Origin: a virus
Lineage: Duplodnaviria > Caudoviricetes
Virus record (IMG/VR): IMGVR_UViG_3300025066_001702
Location: 369 to 64,368 of that record
Reading direction: 5' to 3' (one strand)
DNA: 64,000 nt
Shown: positions 41,524-50,204 of the stretch, piece by piece
Position numbering within the stretch: the first letter of the stretch is position 1
Layout: every line of letters starts with the position of its first letter
Program-made: the position numbers and the translations under genes
The notes under the pieces: generated by a model
The model's input: only the letters and a program-made list of their open reading frames with translations
The model's database searches: none
What the model was told of the DNA's origin: nothing

Positions 41524-41532
41524 CTCACACCT

Positions 41533-41916
41533 CTACGAGTTTTTTAGCGTTCGCTCTAAATTGTCTTCTACTATGGGGGAAGATTCTTCAGTTGAAGCTT
41601 CTCTCCCTTTCTTTCTATTTTTCTTCTTTTTTGTAGAAGTTGACTCAATTTTATATTGCCAAGTGGCACTCAAGCCTCTTGGATGCTTATTGTCAATAGA
41701 GCCACAACAAATTGCAGACAAAACATTAATGTTCTTACTTTCAAGGTATTCTCTGATTTCACTATCAAAAATCTTCATATGTCGAGATTCATCACACTCT
41801 TCATGCTTGTAGGTGATGGACTTTCTTGGAGGAACAGTAACTTCGACAGTTACTAATCCGTCTGCCTTGTTGATATCAACTTGAGAAAACTTCTCTATAT
41901 ATTCATTAGTATTCAT
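41533..41916 (-). CDS. Hypothetical protein
   Basis: 127 aa; ACTATTTA element upstream. Confidence 0.55.
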   Translation of the reverse strand: MNTNEYIEKFSQVDINKADGLVTVEVTVPPRKSITYKHEECDESRHMKIFDSEIREYLESKNINVLSAICCGSIDNKHPRGLSATWQYKIESTSTKKKKNRKKGREASTEESSPIVEDNLERTLKNS

Positions 41917-42592
41917 TTGCCATCTCGTCTAAATAGTTTAATTTGTTTGATAATTGAGGACACATCTTATCTAAATAAGGCGTTTTGTCAATATAAAAAC
42001 TCTCAAATCCTACTGCAAAGTATTCGTTTATAGAAGTAATCGAATAAGCGCTTAAAAATAGTCCACCGGAGATGGAGTTTAAAAGAGGATATCCAACCTC
42101 TTGAAACAAGTACATATCAAATGATTGATCATACTTTGGATTCAAGAACTGTTCTATTGTAACATTAAATCCTTCACTTTTCAATATATTATATAATCTT
42201 TTTCGTTTTCCAATAAATTCTTGCTCAATCTTTCCGTCTCCGAACACTATTTCAGAGTTATTTTGCTCAACTGCATGAGATATTTCATGAATTATGTCAT
42301 CGAGGATATCTTGATTGTTATCCTGAATATTCGAAACATAGAGAACGCCATCTTTATAAAGGGCGTTTAACTCTCTTTCTATCATTTCATCAAACATTCC
42401 AATTCTAACTGCCTGAATATATTGAAGATACTTAGTGGGAATTGTTTTCTCTATTTTTGAAAGAACTTTATTCAAATCAACAGAGTCTGAAAGAGGTTGT
42501 TCCGTCCAAACCGGAATGTCTTTATTTAAATAATATATTCCGGTATTTTTTGAACTTTCTCGAACATAATCAAGAAAGCCGTTATTCTCCAC
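41906..42592 (-). CDS. Zincin-like metalloprotein
   Basis: HEISH plus downstream EYFA..FE; GTG start at 42592 chosen to avoid a long overlap. Confidence 0.65.
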   Translation of the reverse strand: MENNGFLDYVRESSKNTGIYYLNKDIPVWTEQPLSDSVDLNKVLSKIEKTIPTKYLQYIQAVRIGMFDEMIERELNALYKDGVLYVSNIQDNNQDILDDIIHEISHAVEQNNSEIVFGDGKIEQEFIGKRKRLYNILKSEGFNVTIEQFLNPKYDQSFDMYLFQEVGYPLLNSISGGLFLSAYSITSINEYFAVGFESFYIDKTPYLDKMCPQLSNKLNYLDEMANEY

Positions 42593-42812
42593 TTTCTTCC
42601 TTTGCGACAGATCCGACATCATCGATTGCTTGGTGATATCCTCGAATCCAATTCTCTTCTGCGACAACAAGTAAAAACTCTGGAAATTCTTGAGCCATTG
42701 TCTCCACTATCATCTCAACTGTCACTCCCTCGTTTTCTGGGTTATGTTTTTCTCCAACATAATTAACGAGCCAATCTCTCATCTCTGTATTCACTTCCGT
42801 AACGTCTTCCAT
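42582..42812 (-). CDS. Hypothetical protein
   Basis: 76 aa; AGGAG RBS. Confidence 0.65.
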   Translation of the reverse strand: MEDVTEVNTEMRDWLVNYVGEKHNPENEGVTVEMIVETMAQEFPEFLLVVAEENWIRGYHQAIDDVGSVAKEESGE

Positions 42813-42829
42813 TACTTTCTCCTTTTAAA

Positions 42830-44149
42830 TTATAAAATCTTAGCGGCAATGGATGCCACTCTACTTCTCTCACCCTTCCGGAGGGTTATATGTCCAGAAA
42901 TCTCTTGATCTTTCATCTTTTCAACAACATAAGATAAACCATTTGTAGTTGCATCAACATAGACATTATCAATTTGCTCGATGTCTCCTGTGAAAACAAT
43001 TTTAGTATTTTCTCCGACTCGTGTAATAATTGTTTTTATCTCATGAGCAGAAAGATTTTGAGATTCATCAATTAAAATAAAGGCATTTGAGATTGAGCGT
43101 CCTCGAATATAAGTTAACGCTTCAATTTCGATAACACCTTTTTCAATATAAAGCTCAAGTGCTGTTCTGTCGTCGCCCATCAAGAACTGAAGATTATCCT
43201 GTATTGGCATAAGCCATGGAATAGTCTTCTCCTCCATCGTGCCCGGAAGGAATCCGATATCTCTCCCAAGTGGTTGCACTGGGCGGGCGACGATAAGCCT
43301 CTTATATATCGCCTCAGAGCCAATAACTTGTTCCAAGCCAGCAGCTAAAGCCAAGAGTGTCTTTCCCGCGCCTGCCTTTCCGACTACGCTCACAAGAGGA
43401 ACATTGGGATTTAAGAGCATATCTAAGGCAAAGGATTGCTCTTTGTTGCGAGCCTTCACTCCCCAAATGCCGCCCTTATGCCGAACGATTTCACGAACTG
43501 GCTTATCATACCATTCAAAAAACGCGAGGGCTGTCTTCTTTTCATCAATTTCTGACGAGAGTAGAATAAACTGATTATTGTGAAGAGGAACTCCGCCTGT
43601 TAACATATCATCTATAAATATTGGCTGCTTTTCATAAAAATCATCAATGAGGCTATCTGGGACTGATATTTCGATAAACCCATCATAAAGTTTATCTCCC
43701 GTAGAAACGACTTGATCTGATTCGTATCCTTCGCACTTTAATCCGAGAGAATCACATATAACTCTTAACTGGATATCCCGAGTAACTAATATAACATCTT
43801 CTTCTGAAGAAGCTCTCTCAGTCAGAGCAGTAGCAATAATAATATGATCAGCATTCTTCTTATCCAAGTCTTCTGGAATAAAATTTGGGTCATATCCCTT
43901 AACATATACCGTTCCCTTTTCTTCTCCGAGGCTCACTCCGTCATGGAGTGTTCCACTTTCTCTTAAGCTGTCCAAAAACCTGACGATATTGCGAGCGTTG
44001 GAACCCACTACATCTTGACGCTTTTTGTGCTTATCTATTTCTTCAAGAACCTTAAGAGGAATGATAATGTCATGTTTTCCAAACCGATTGATAGAGTCAT
44101 AATCAGTTAAATAAACACTTGTATCAATCACATATTTTCTCTTAGCCAT
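42830..44149 (-). CDS. phoH: PhoH-family ATPase with N-terminal PIN domain
   Basis: VIDTS PIN motif, GKAGAGKT, GFLPG, RGRS, DESQN, TRVG, GD..QID. Confidence 0.92.
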   Translation of the reverse strand: MAKRKYVIDTSVYLTDYDSINRFGKHDIIIPLKVLEEIDKHKKRQDVVGSNARNIVRFLDSLRESGTLHDGVSLGEEKGTVYVKGYDPNFIPEDLDKKNADHIIIATALTERASSEEDVILVTRDIQLRVICDSLGLKCEGYESDQVVSTGDKLYDGFIEISVPDSLIDDFYEKQPIFIDDMLTGGVPLHNNQFILLSSEIDEKKTALAFFEWYDKPVREIVRHKGGIWGVKARNKEQSFALDMLLNPNVPLVSVVGKAGAGKTLLALAAGLEQVIGSEAIYKRLIVARPVQPLGRDIGFLPGTMEEKTIPWLMPIQDNLQFLMGDDRTALELYIEKGVIEIEALTYIRGRSISNAFILIDESQNLSAHEIKTIITRVGENTKIVFTGDIEQIDNVYVDATTNGLSYVVEKMKDQEISGHITLRKGERSRVASIAAKIL

Positions 44150-44190
44150 TGAACTTCCTTATCGGTAAATAGTACATATTTTATAAATGA

Positions 44191-44276
44191 CTGGAGAGGT
44201 AGGGCTCGAACCTACACCCCATCAAGTGGGCGACCAGAGTAACAGTCCGGGGCAATACCAACTATGCGACTCTCCA
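44191..44276 (-). tRNA. tRNA with GTT (Asn) anticodon and an atypical 18-nt variable region
   Basis: TGGAGAG/CTCTCCA acceptor stem, G73, CCGGA-CTGTTAC-TCTGG anticodon arm, GTAGG-TTCGAGC-CCTAC T arm; CCA not encoded. Confidence 0.8.
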
Positions 44277-44287
44277 AGGTGATTCTA

Positions 44288-45109
44288 TTATAGCACATCA
44301 TCGAGACAACGGTTAAATAACATAATGTTTTTTATTGCTGTCACTTTTTTTGATTCAGACATCAGTGTTGCCTTTTCTATTCCGATATCTCTTCGCATCA
44401 TTTTTGCAATTCTCGTTTTGCCATCGGACGCCCTTTGAATAATCTCACTCAAAGTCCTTTGATTGCTAAATGCTATAACTGAATCTTGAAAAACTCTCGT
44501 CAATTGAGCATGGGCTGCAGTATTGCTGAATCCCAAGTGTTCAGCCATTTGAACCCTGTCTGCGTCGTACTTTTTGTAAACAATTGAATCTTCTATTTTA
44601 TCGGAAAATTGTTTGTATGCCATCTGGAGAAGTTCTTTATTCTCGGAAATGAATGGAGTAGTTGCTTTGTGAAAGCCATGAATTCCGTCCCCATTCCTTC
44701 TAAACTTTGAAGAATGTTCATTTAGAATTTCATCCAGATTTTGAATGTCTCCAAAAGGATATTCCAACAGAGTTGAGGTGACATCAGTTGCAACATCTCG
44801 GAAATACTTTCCCTCATTTAGTCCAACACCAAAAGTAATGTCACGAGATTCGCACCACTCAAGAATCGCTCTTATAAATGCTTTTTTCTTTCTTGGAGGA
44901 ATATATCCCGTTCGTTGTTCGTTTACCTCTCTTCGGAGAGTTTTCAGCCAATTGGTGTCATATTTCTTAAGCCAATTGTCGGATACAATCTCATTTACTA
45001 CATCGATGAAAATATCATCATCGATATTATCGACAATATCTGTTGGTGAAATATATTCTTCTTGAGACTCAAAAGAAAATTGGCTTCTTTTGCCATGGAA
45101 TCGTTTCAT
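44288..45109 (-). CDS. Hypothetical protein
   Basis: 273-aa ORF; no recognised motif. Confidence 0.6.
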   Translation of the reverse strand: MKRFHGKRSQFSFESQEEYISPTDIVDNIDDDIFIDVVNEIVSDNWLKKYDTNWLKTLRREVNEQRTGYIPPRKKKAFIRAILEWCESRDITFGVGLNEGKYFRDVATDVTSTLLEYPFGDIQNLDEILNEHSSKFRRNGDGIHGFHKATTPFISENKELLQMAYKQFSDKIEDSIVYKKYDADRVQMAEHLGFSNTAAHAQLTRVFQDSVIAFSNQRTLSEIIQRASDGKTRIAKMMRRDIGIEKATLMSESKKVTAIKNIMLFNRCLDDVL

Positions 45110-45115
45110 AGTACC

Positions 45116-45298
45116 CTAATTAGTTTTATTCTCCCAGAAACCCTCAAAAATATAATGAATACCCGTCATTAGAACCGTTAGGATGGCAGTTAATTCAATA
45201 GATTTTTTGAATTCTCCCAGATAGAGATAGCTTATAATACTTGCAATAGAAAAAGAGAGAGTTCTCCAAGCTATTACTTTCTTTAACCTATTATTCAT
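45116..45298 (-). CDS. Small two-helix membrane protein (DUF2061-like)
   Basis: KVIAWR, two hydrophobic segments, HYIFE.FW. Confidence 0.6.
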   Translation of the reverse strand: MNNRLKKVIAWRTLSFSIASIISYLYLGEFKKSIELTAILTVLMTGIHYIFEGFWENKTN

Positions 45299-45323
45299 AT
45301 ATAATAAATAGATGGACTTTCAA

Positions 45324-46040
45324 TTATGGTTCCATCAGTAATTGTTCAACAGTCATGTACCACTCGTGGTCTGTTAAAAAATCCCTTCCCTGATTCTTTT
45401 CATACGGCATTGATGCCCACGCCAATCTGCCATATTTGTCAATGATATAAAACATTGGAAAACGCCTTTCGTCCCTATATGGCATCCACTGGGTTTCAGA
45501 ATATCCAATTAATTTCTGTTCTACAGCAATGACAGGGTGATTGTTAATATTATTTTCTTCATACCACCATTTAACATCATCTGCATCTGCCCAAAATAAA
45601 TTCTTATCTCTCAAAATTGTGCTCACATATTGAATACTCTGATCTGGATATCTGTGTCTGATGACATGATAAATGTCATCAGTAATTCCAAGATGTATAC
45701 ACTCGACACACGTCATATCTCCAATCTGAAGAATAACAATATCTCCTCTAAAATCCTGAATGTCAAAAACTCTCCCTCTCTGATCTATTCCCACAAGGGA
45801 ACAAATCCTCTTTCGTTCATATGAAGGAAGAACTATAAAGTGATAATCTGGATTTTCTATATGATTCGAACAGTCTGGGGCTGGGACTAAATCAGGATTA
45901 TAAACAATATCTTGAATATCGAAAGTTTTGCCCTCTTCCACTTCCTTAGTTGTGTCTTCTTGATTGTTCGAATCAATTAAATTAGAAGAAGGTTTTGTAC
46001 CACATGCAAGGAGTGATAGTAAAAGAATATATTTGTTCAT
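45324..46040 (-). CDS. Thioredoxin-fold (redoxin-like) lipoprotein
   Basis: Lipobox LLAC; DQRG..F.I.DFRG, CVEC, FPMFYIIDK.G. Confidence 0.65.
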   Translation of the reverse strand: MNKYILLLSLLACGTKPSSNLIDSNNQEDTTKEVEEGKTFDIQDIVYNPDLVPAPDCSNHIENPDYHFIVLPSYERKRICSLVGIDQRGRVFDIQDFRGDIVILQIGDMTCVECIHLGITDDIYHVIRHRYPDQSIQYVSTILRDKNLFWADADDVKWWYEENNINNHPVIAVEQKLIGYSETQWMPYRDERRFPMFYIIDKYGRLAWASMPYEKNQGRDFLTDHEWYMTVEQLLMEP

Positions 46041-46060
46041 AGTATCTCTGTCTTTGTAAA

Positions 46061-46137
46061 TGGCACGCCCTACAGGACTCGAACCTGTAACCTACGGCTT
46101 AGAAGGCCGTTGCTCGATCCAGTTGAGCTAAGGGCGC
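46061..46137 (-). tRNA. tRNA-Arg(TCT)
   Basis: Canonical cloverleaf, ACGGC-CTTCTAA-GCCGT, encoded CCA. Confidence 0.95.
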
Positions 46138-46145
46138 TTAAAAAA

Positions 46146-46221
46146 TGGTGCGCCCGGTGAGAATTGAACTCACGACATTTGCTTTATAAGAACAACGCTC
46201 TAACCACTGAGCTACGGGCGC
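46146..46221 (-). tRNA. tRNA-Ile(TAT)
   Basis: GCGCCCG/CGGGCGC acceptor stem, TTGTT-CTTATAA-AGCAA, A73, encoded CCA. Confidence 0.9.
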
Positions 46222-46334
46222 AGTCTGTAAGTGATTGGTGTTATAGCGTCTGATCATTGTCATTTATGTCCTGTAAGCTGTCTCCAAGGGTTGAGGCACC
46301 TGTAATCCCGTGCCTCCCTGCGGAATGATACTAA

Positions 46335-46520
46335 TTATTGATTTTTAGTTTCTTGAACATGAAGACGAACATCTTGTGCGGCAGTCTTTACAGTTTGCAT
46401 TGCTTTTCGAACACGGGTTCCGGCTGCGGCGTTTCCGTCATCGTAAAACTTGCTATAATCTGCTCGTACAGATTCAAGAAGGGTAATTAATTCATCTAAT
46501 GTTTCAGGTGTATTGTTCAT
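46335..46520 (-). CDS. Histone H1-like (Hc1-type) small protein
   Basis: KFY..GNAAAGTRVRK motif; ATG at 46520 with AGGAG RBS. Confidence 0.7.
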   Translation of the reverse strand: MNNTPETLDELITLLESVRADYSKFYDDGNAAAGTRVRKAMQTVKTAAQDVRLHVQETKNQ

Positions 46521-46544
46521 TGTTGCTCCTTTATAAGCATCCTT

Positions 46545-46573
46545 ATTATAACAGAAATTCATTTTTCTGTTAA
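46545..46573 (-). promoter_or_regulatory. Sigma70-like promoter for the Hc1-like gene and tRNAs
   Basis: TTAACA-17 bp-TATAAT with extended -10 TG. Confidence 0.65.
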
Positions 46574-46575
46574 AT

Positions 46576-47274
46576 TCAAATATCAATTATGTTTCCGTGG
46601 TTTGTAATTTCTCCCCACATTCCGTCGGTGGAACAAGTTCCATTGCTGTAAATTGTGCGACTTCCGGCTTTACTCTTTATGCCCGTGTTTATGACGGCTG
46701 TCCCTGGCTCGCTGTTGTGTATGTGCCCGAAGCAATGAAGAATAGGACTAACATCATCAATCTTTTTTGCAAGGTGCTCACAGCCGCACTGACGATAGTA
46801 ATTTCCCCGTTCTCGAACATAACTGTCGTGAGTTAAATCAAGCATGCCCAAAGGAGGGCTGTGAGTCACGACGATATCAGTATCTTCTGGAATCTCTTCC
46901 CAAATATCTTTTAGCTCTTCGGGCGGGCACATATATGCCCACTCGCCATATTGAGAAACAAAAGGGCTTCCCCAGATGTTTAATCCTGCTACTTTTACAG
47001 ATTCATTGTGGAGATAGATGATTCCCTTGCTCTCGATATCTTTTCGAGTGACGACCCCTGCGGCGAGGCTCGTGTCGTGGTTTCCAGCAACATAAATCTT
47101 GTGAGAGATGTTGAGAGAACCATACCACTCAAGAAACCCTCTAAGTCCCGGCTCGTTCTGATAGGGATCTTTCCGACTTGCGGCGTCTCCTGAATGGATC
47201 ACAATGTCGATGTTCTTGGGAATAATTAGCTTATGTGCATTCTCATGAGTATCACTAATGTGCCATATTTTCAT
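46576..47274 (-). CDS. Calcineurin-like metallophosphoesterase
   Basis: SDTH, HSGD, GNHD, THSPP, FGHIH. Confidence 0.9.
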   Translation of the reverse strand: MKIWHISDTHENAHKLIIPKNIDIVIHSGDAASRKDPYQNEPGLRGFLEWYGSLNISHKIYVAGNHDTSLAAGVVTRKDIESKGIIYLHNESVKVAGLNIWGSPFVSQYGEWAYMCPPEELKDIWEEIPEDTDIVVTHSPPLGMLDLTHDSYVRERGNYYRQCGCEHLAKKIDDVSPILHCFGHIHNSEPGTAVINTGIKSKAGSRTIYSNGTCSTDGMWGEITNHGNIIDI

Positions 47275-47792
47275 TATGAGATGCGCTCCAAGTCTCGCTC
47301 GGAGTAAGACGGAGTGTAATAGGTTCCGTAGGAGCCATAGCGAACCCCTTTATCGTCCTCTGCCCCGTTCCATTGGACGTTGTAACATCCACTCATTGCC
47401 TTTGTTACGAGTCCGATCTTACCAGCGAAGCCGTGGCGATTTGCTCGTTTGTTGTCTCTACCTCTGACGAGAGAGCCAGCAGGGTATTTTGGAGGAGATG
47501 GAAGAAGCGACTCACATACCTGAGTTACGTTGTCTCGGAAGGAGCCAGCGAAGTAGTCAGTCATTGAATCGGAGTGATCGTCAAACCGACGGACGTGGAA
47601 TAAGCAAGCGTGTGCGTCAAGTGCCTCTGGTGCCCATCCGTGGACGCCATTGGCTGAGAATGAACCAACGTATCCTTCGTACTGGAAGCTCCATTTATAG
47701 CTTCCGCCTTGAGACGGGGAATTGATTTGGATGTCAATACCTTGCTTTTTGAAGTGACTCTTGACTTTCTTGATTGCGTTGCGAACTTTCAT
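47274..47792 (-). CDS. Hypothetical protein
   Basis: 172 aa; AAGGAAG RBS and own promoter. Confidence 0.65.
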   Translation of the reverse strand: MKVRNAIKKVKSHFKKQGIDIQINSPSQGGSYKWSFQYEGYVGSFSANGVHGWAPEALDAHACLFHVRRFDDHSDSMTDYFAGSFRDNVTQVCESLLPSPPKYPAGSLVRGRDNKRANRHGFAGKIGLVTKAMSGCYNVQWNGAEDDKGVRYGSYGTYYTPSYSERDLERIS

Positions 47793-47965
47793 TATTCTCT
47801 TCCTTTGTTCTTATTACATATATAATGTAACATGGAATGAGGGCTTGTCCAACATTTTATTGTCAAGAAGATGTCAAGAAAAAATAGTGATTACACACAG
47901 GTAAACGATATGAGAAAGAATAAATCCAAACCCAACATAGAGCGCGATTTCACAATAGTCCTGCA

Positions 47966-48574
47966 TTAAATAATATCGTCGATAAGTCCGTATTTTAGAC
48001 AGGTTTCGGCGTCAAACCACAAGTCTCGTTTGAGAATGTCGTTTAGTTGCTTCTTCGGTATCTTAGTATGCTTGTCGTAGATTCCACGGATAGTTTCCAT
48101 CAAGGTATCGCAGTTTTCCATACTATCTCTGAGTGCTTCGTAATTTCCCCACATCCCTGATGAGAGTTGGTGAATAAGCATGAATGAGTGCTTGTGCATG
48201 AATCTACGCTCGGCTACAACACTCATAATGGTGGCGGCAGAAGCAGCACATCCATCAATAACAGAGTGAATGGGAACATCACTGTTTATGATGTAATCAA
48301 CTGCAGCAAATCCAGAGAAGACAGAGCCGCCATAACTACAAATATGAAGCTCAATCGGGACATCGGGAGAGTTCAATACATTGCTTCGATTTTTAATTGA
48401 ATTTCCAACTCGGACGATGCTTTTATTTAGTGCAAGAATTTTAGGGCGCGATACTTCCGAATAAAAATAAATTCTGTTGTCTTGAGTTGAGACGATATTA
48501 TTATCATCAGAACCAGCAGAAGGTGCTCCGCCCTGGTTTGCTTCAAACGTTTCTCTCCAAAATAAGTCATTCAT
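47966..48574 (-). CDS. clpP: ClpP-family protease
   Basis: SYGGSV, GCAASAA (Ser), MLIHQ (His), RDLWF (Asp). Confidence 0.88.
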   Translation of the reverse strand: MNDLFWRETFEANQGGAPSAGSDDNNIVSTQDNRIYFYSEVSRPKILALNKSIVRVGNSIKNRSNVLNSPDVPIELHICSYGGSVFSGFAAVDYIINSDVPIHSVIDGCAASAATIMSVVAERRFMHKHSFMLIHQLSSGMWGNYEALRDSMENCDTLMETIRGIYDKHTKIPKKQLNDILKRDLWFDAETCLKYGLIDDII

Positions 48575-48831
48575 TGTCCTGTCCCTTTTTTCATTAAATT
48601 GAGTGTTAATTCGAGATATGTTTTTGTTATCTCTTCTGTGTATCGCTTATTGTGTTGATTCATCACTTCTATGACTTTCGTTAAAAAATCTCTTGTAGAT
48701 TCTTGAACAGGTAGAGAGTCATGTGTAATGCTATTTTCCATTATATCATAGATATGAGCAGCAACCCACTCGACATCTTCTTTTAACAAAAAATCCACAG
48801 CATAAATTTGAACCAACGTATTAACTTCCAC
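48571..48831 (-). CDS. Hypothetical protein
   Basis: GTG start a few bases after an ACTATTTA element. Confidence 0.5.
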   Translation of the reverse strand: MEVNTLVQIYAVDFLLKEDVEWVAAHIYDIMENSITHDSLPVQESTRDFLTKVIEVMNQHNKRYTEEITKTYLELTLNLMKKGTGQ

Positions 48832-48884
48832 AAAGTAAATAGTATTGAGGTTTTGTAGATTGCAGTTTTATCTTAGGAAGTGGC

Positions 48885-49712
48885 TTATCGTAACACTGAC
48901 AGCAGATAACTTATTGCCTTTTGTTTTTCTTTTTCATTATATGGAATATTTTTAATATATTCTGGAAATTCTTTTAGTCTCGGAGCTATTTCTGGTATTG
49001 TGAGAAGATGCTGAACTAAATCAACAAAGTTATTCACTTCTTCTGGGTTGGCGTTGATGCCTAATGCTTTTAGCAGTTCTTCTGGATCTGAGACTTTCTC
49101 TCCGACATTCTGCCACTTGCGCTTGCTTTTTGGATCATTTGGATCAAACTGCTGGGGAAGTTCCTTTCTCTGAAATCCGCCTGGATATGAGATGGTGATG
49201 CGAGAACGTGGAGTTCTTCGTAGGCTTGCGACGAAGTTTAGGAGATAGTTCCTGAAAGTTCCCTTTATCTCCTCGTCTCCTGTTCCAGACATCAACCAGC
49301 CTGTGTGGCGAATGTTAGGAGATATCATTAAATCTATTTGGACGTGCTCGTCGCTTCCCATAATTGGGTATCGGACTGCAATGTTCTGTCCGAGAAGCTT
49401 TGCATCTTCGTCGCCTATTGTGTCTTTTAAGTCGGAGAGCAGTTTATTTTTAAATTCTTTTGGTTCAAAGTCTCCCGAGCTTACTACAATGTCTAAGTCT
49501 CCAGATAAAGACTTCTTTCCAGTTGAACCGATAGGCTGGTATTCGGAGACACCTGCTGGTTTGAGATGGCGTTCGAGAAAGTCGTCAAGAGTGGGCTGAA
49601 CCGCTGCTCTTTGAATGGAGACTGTCTCTGGATTTCCCTCTTGATCTTTAAATGCTTCACCACCTTCGGTGAGCAGGGCGAACTTGCGCCAGTTTTCAAA
49701 TAGTAATTTCAT
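48885..49712 (-). CDS. Pol-beta superfamily nucleotidyltransferase with MKLLFENW leader
   Basis: GSTGKK..SGDLD and VQIDLM catalytic motifs. Confidence 0.7.
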   Translation of the reverse strand: MKLLFENWRKFALLTEGGEAFKDQEGNPETVSIQRAAVQPTLDDFLERHLKPAGVSEYQPIGSTGKKSLSGDLDIVVSSGDFEPKEFKNKLLSDLKDTIGDEDAKLLGQNIAVRYPIMGSDEHVQIDLMISPNIRHTGWLMSGTGDEEIKGTFRNYLLNFVASLRRTPRSRITISYPGGFQRKELPQQFDPNDPKSKRKWQNVGEKVSDPEELLKALGINANPEEVNNFVDLVQHLLTIPEIAPRLKEFPEYIKNIPYNEKEKQKAISYLLSVLR

Positions 49713-49714
49713 GT

Positions 49715-50116
49715 TTAGTATATTTCTAATTCATCAGCGTCATCGGGCTCTGGTGCAGATTTTTGCGCCCACTTGCCAGCATCTGAACCGAACTGTTCTC
49801 TATTAAAGGCAATCAACTCATCAACCAAAGCTTTAATATCATCTCTCATTTGTTTATATATTAGGAGAGTTCTGGAAGTATCGATTATCTGCTGGACTGT
49901 GTCTTTTTTACCTTCACCTTCGAGATGAGCGAGCTTATCAACCAAAGCTTTAATATCATCTCTCATTTGTTCATATATTAGGAGAGTTCTGGCAGTATCG
50001 ATTATCTGCTGGCTTTGTTGTGCCTCTATGACGCCTTCATCTTCGAGATGAGCGAGCTTATCCATAATATTCTGCTCATTAAGATACTTGTTCCAATTTT
50101 CAAATAATAGTTTCAT
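49715..50116 (-). CDS. Hypothetical protein with MKLLFENW leader and internal duplication
   Basis: 133 aa; duplicated QQIIDTxRTLLIYxQMRDDIKALVD. Confidence 0.65.
   Translation of the reverse strand: MKLLFENWNKYLNEQNIMDKLAHLEDEGVIEAQQSQQIIDTARTLLIYEQMRDDIKALVDKLAHLEGEGKKDTVQQIIDTSRTLLIYKQMRDDIKALVDELIAFNREQFGSDAGKWAQKSAPEPDDADELEIY
49820..50062. repeat. Imperfect tandem duplication (~117-123 bp unit)
   Basis: ATCAACCAAAGCTTTAATATCATCTCTCATTTG... at 49820 and 49937; TTCGAGATGAGCGAGCTTATC at 49919 and 50042. Confidence 0.9.
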
Positions 50117-50121
50117 GTTTA

Positions 50122-50129
50122 TAAATAGT
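50122..50129 (-). promoter_or_regulatory. Representative copy of the conserved upstream element ACTATTTA (putative late promoter)
   Basis: Exact or 1-mismatch copies before at least 13 genes: 12191, 12626, 18475, 41930, 44166, 45305, 48836, 50122, 53906, 58043, 58515, 59876, 60730. Confidence 0.7.
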
Positions 50130-50152
50130 TTGTAATAGCATCTAACGCAAAT

Positions 50153-50188
50153 AAAAAACGCCCCCGACTCAACTAAGAGAGGGGGGCG
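50153..50188 (-). terminator. Rho-independent terminator
   Basis: CGCCCCC...GGGGGCG hairpin followed by TTTTTT on the minus strand. Confidence 0.75.
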
Positions 50189-50204
50189 AATTTAGTGTTG
50201 CTAT

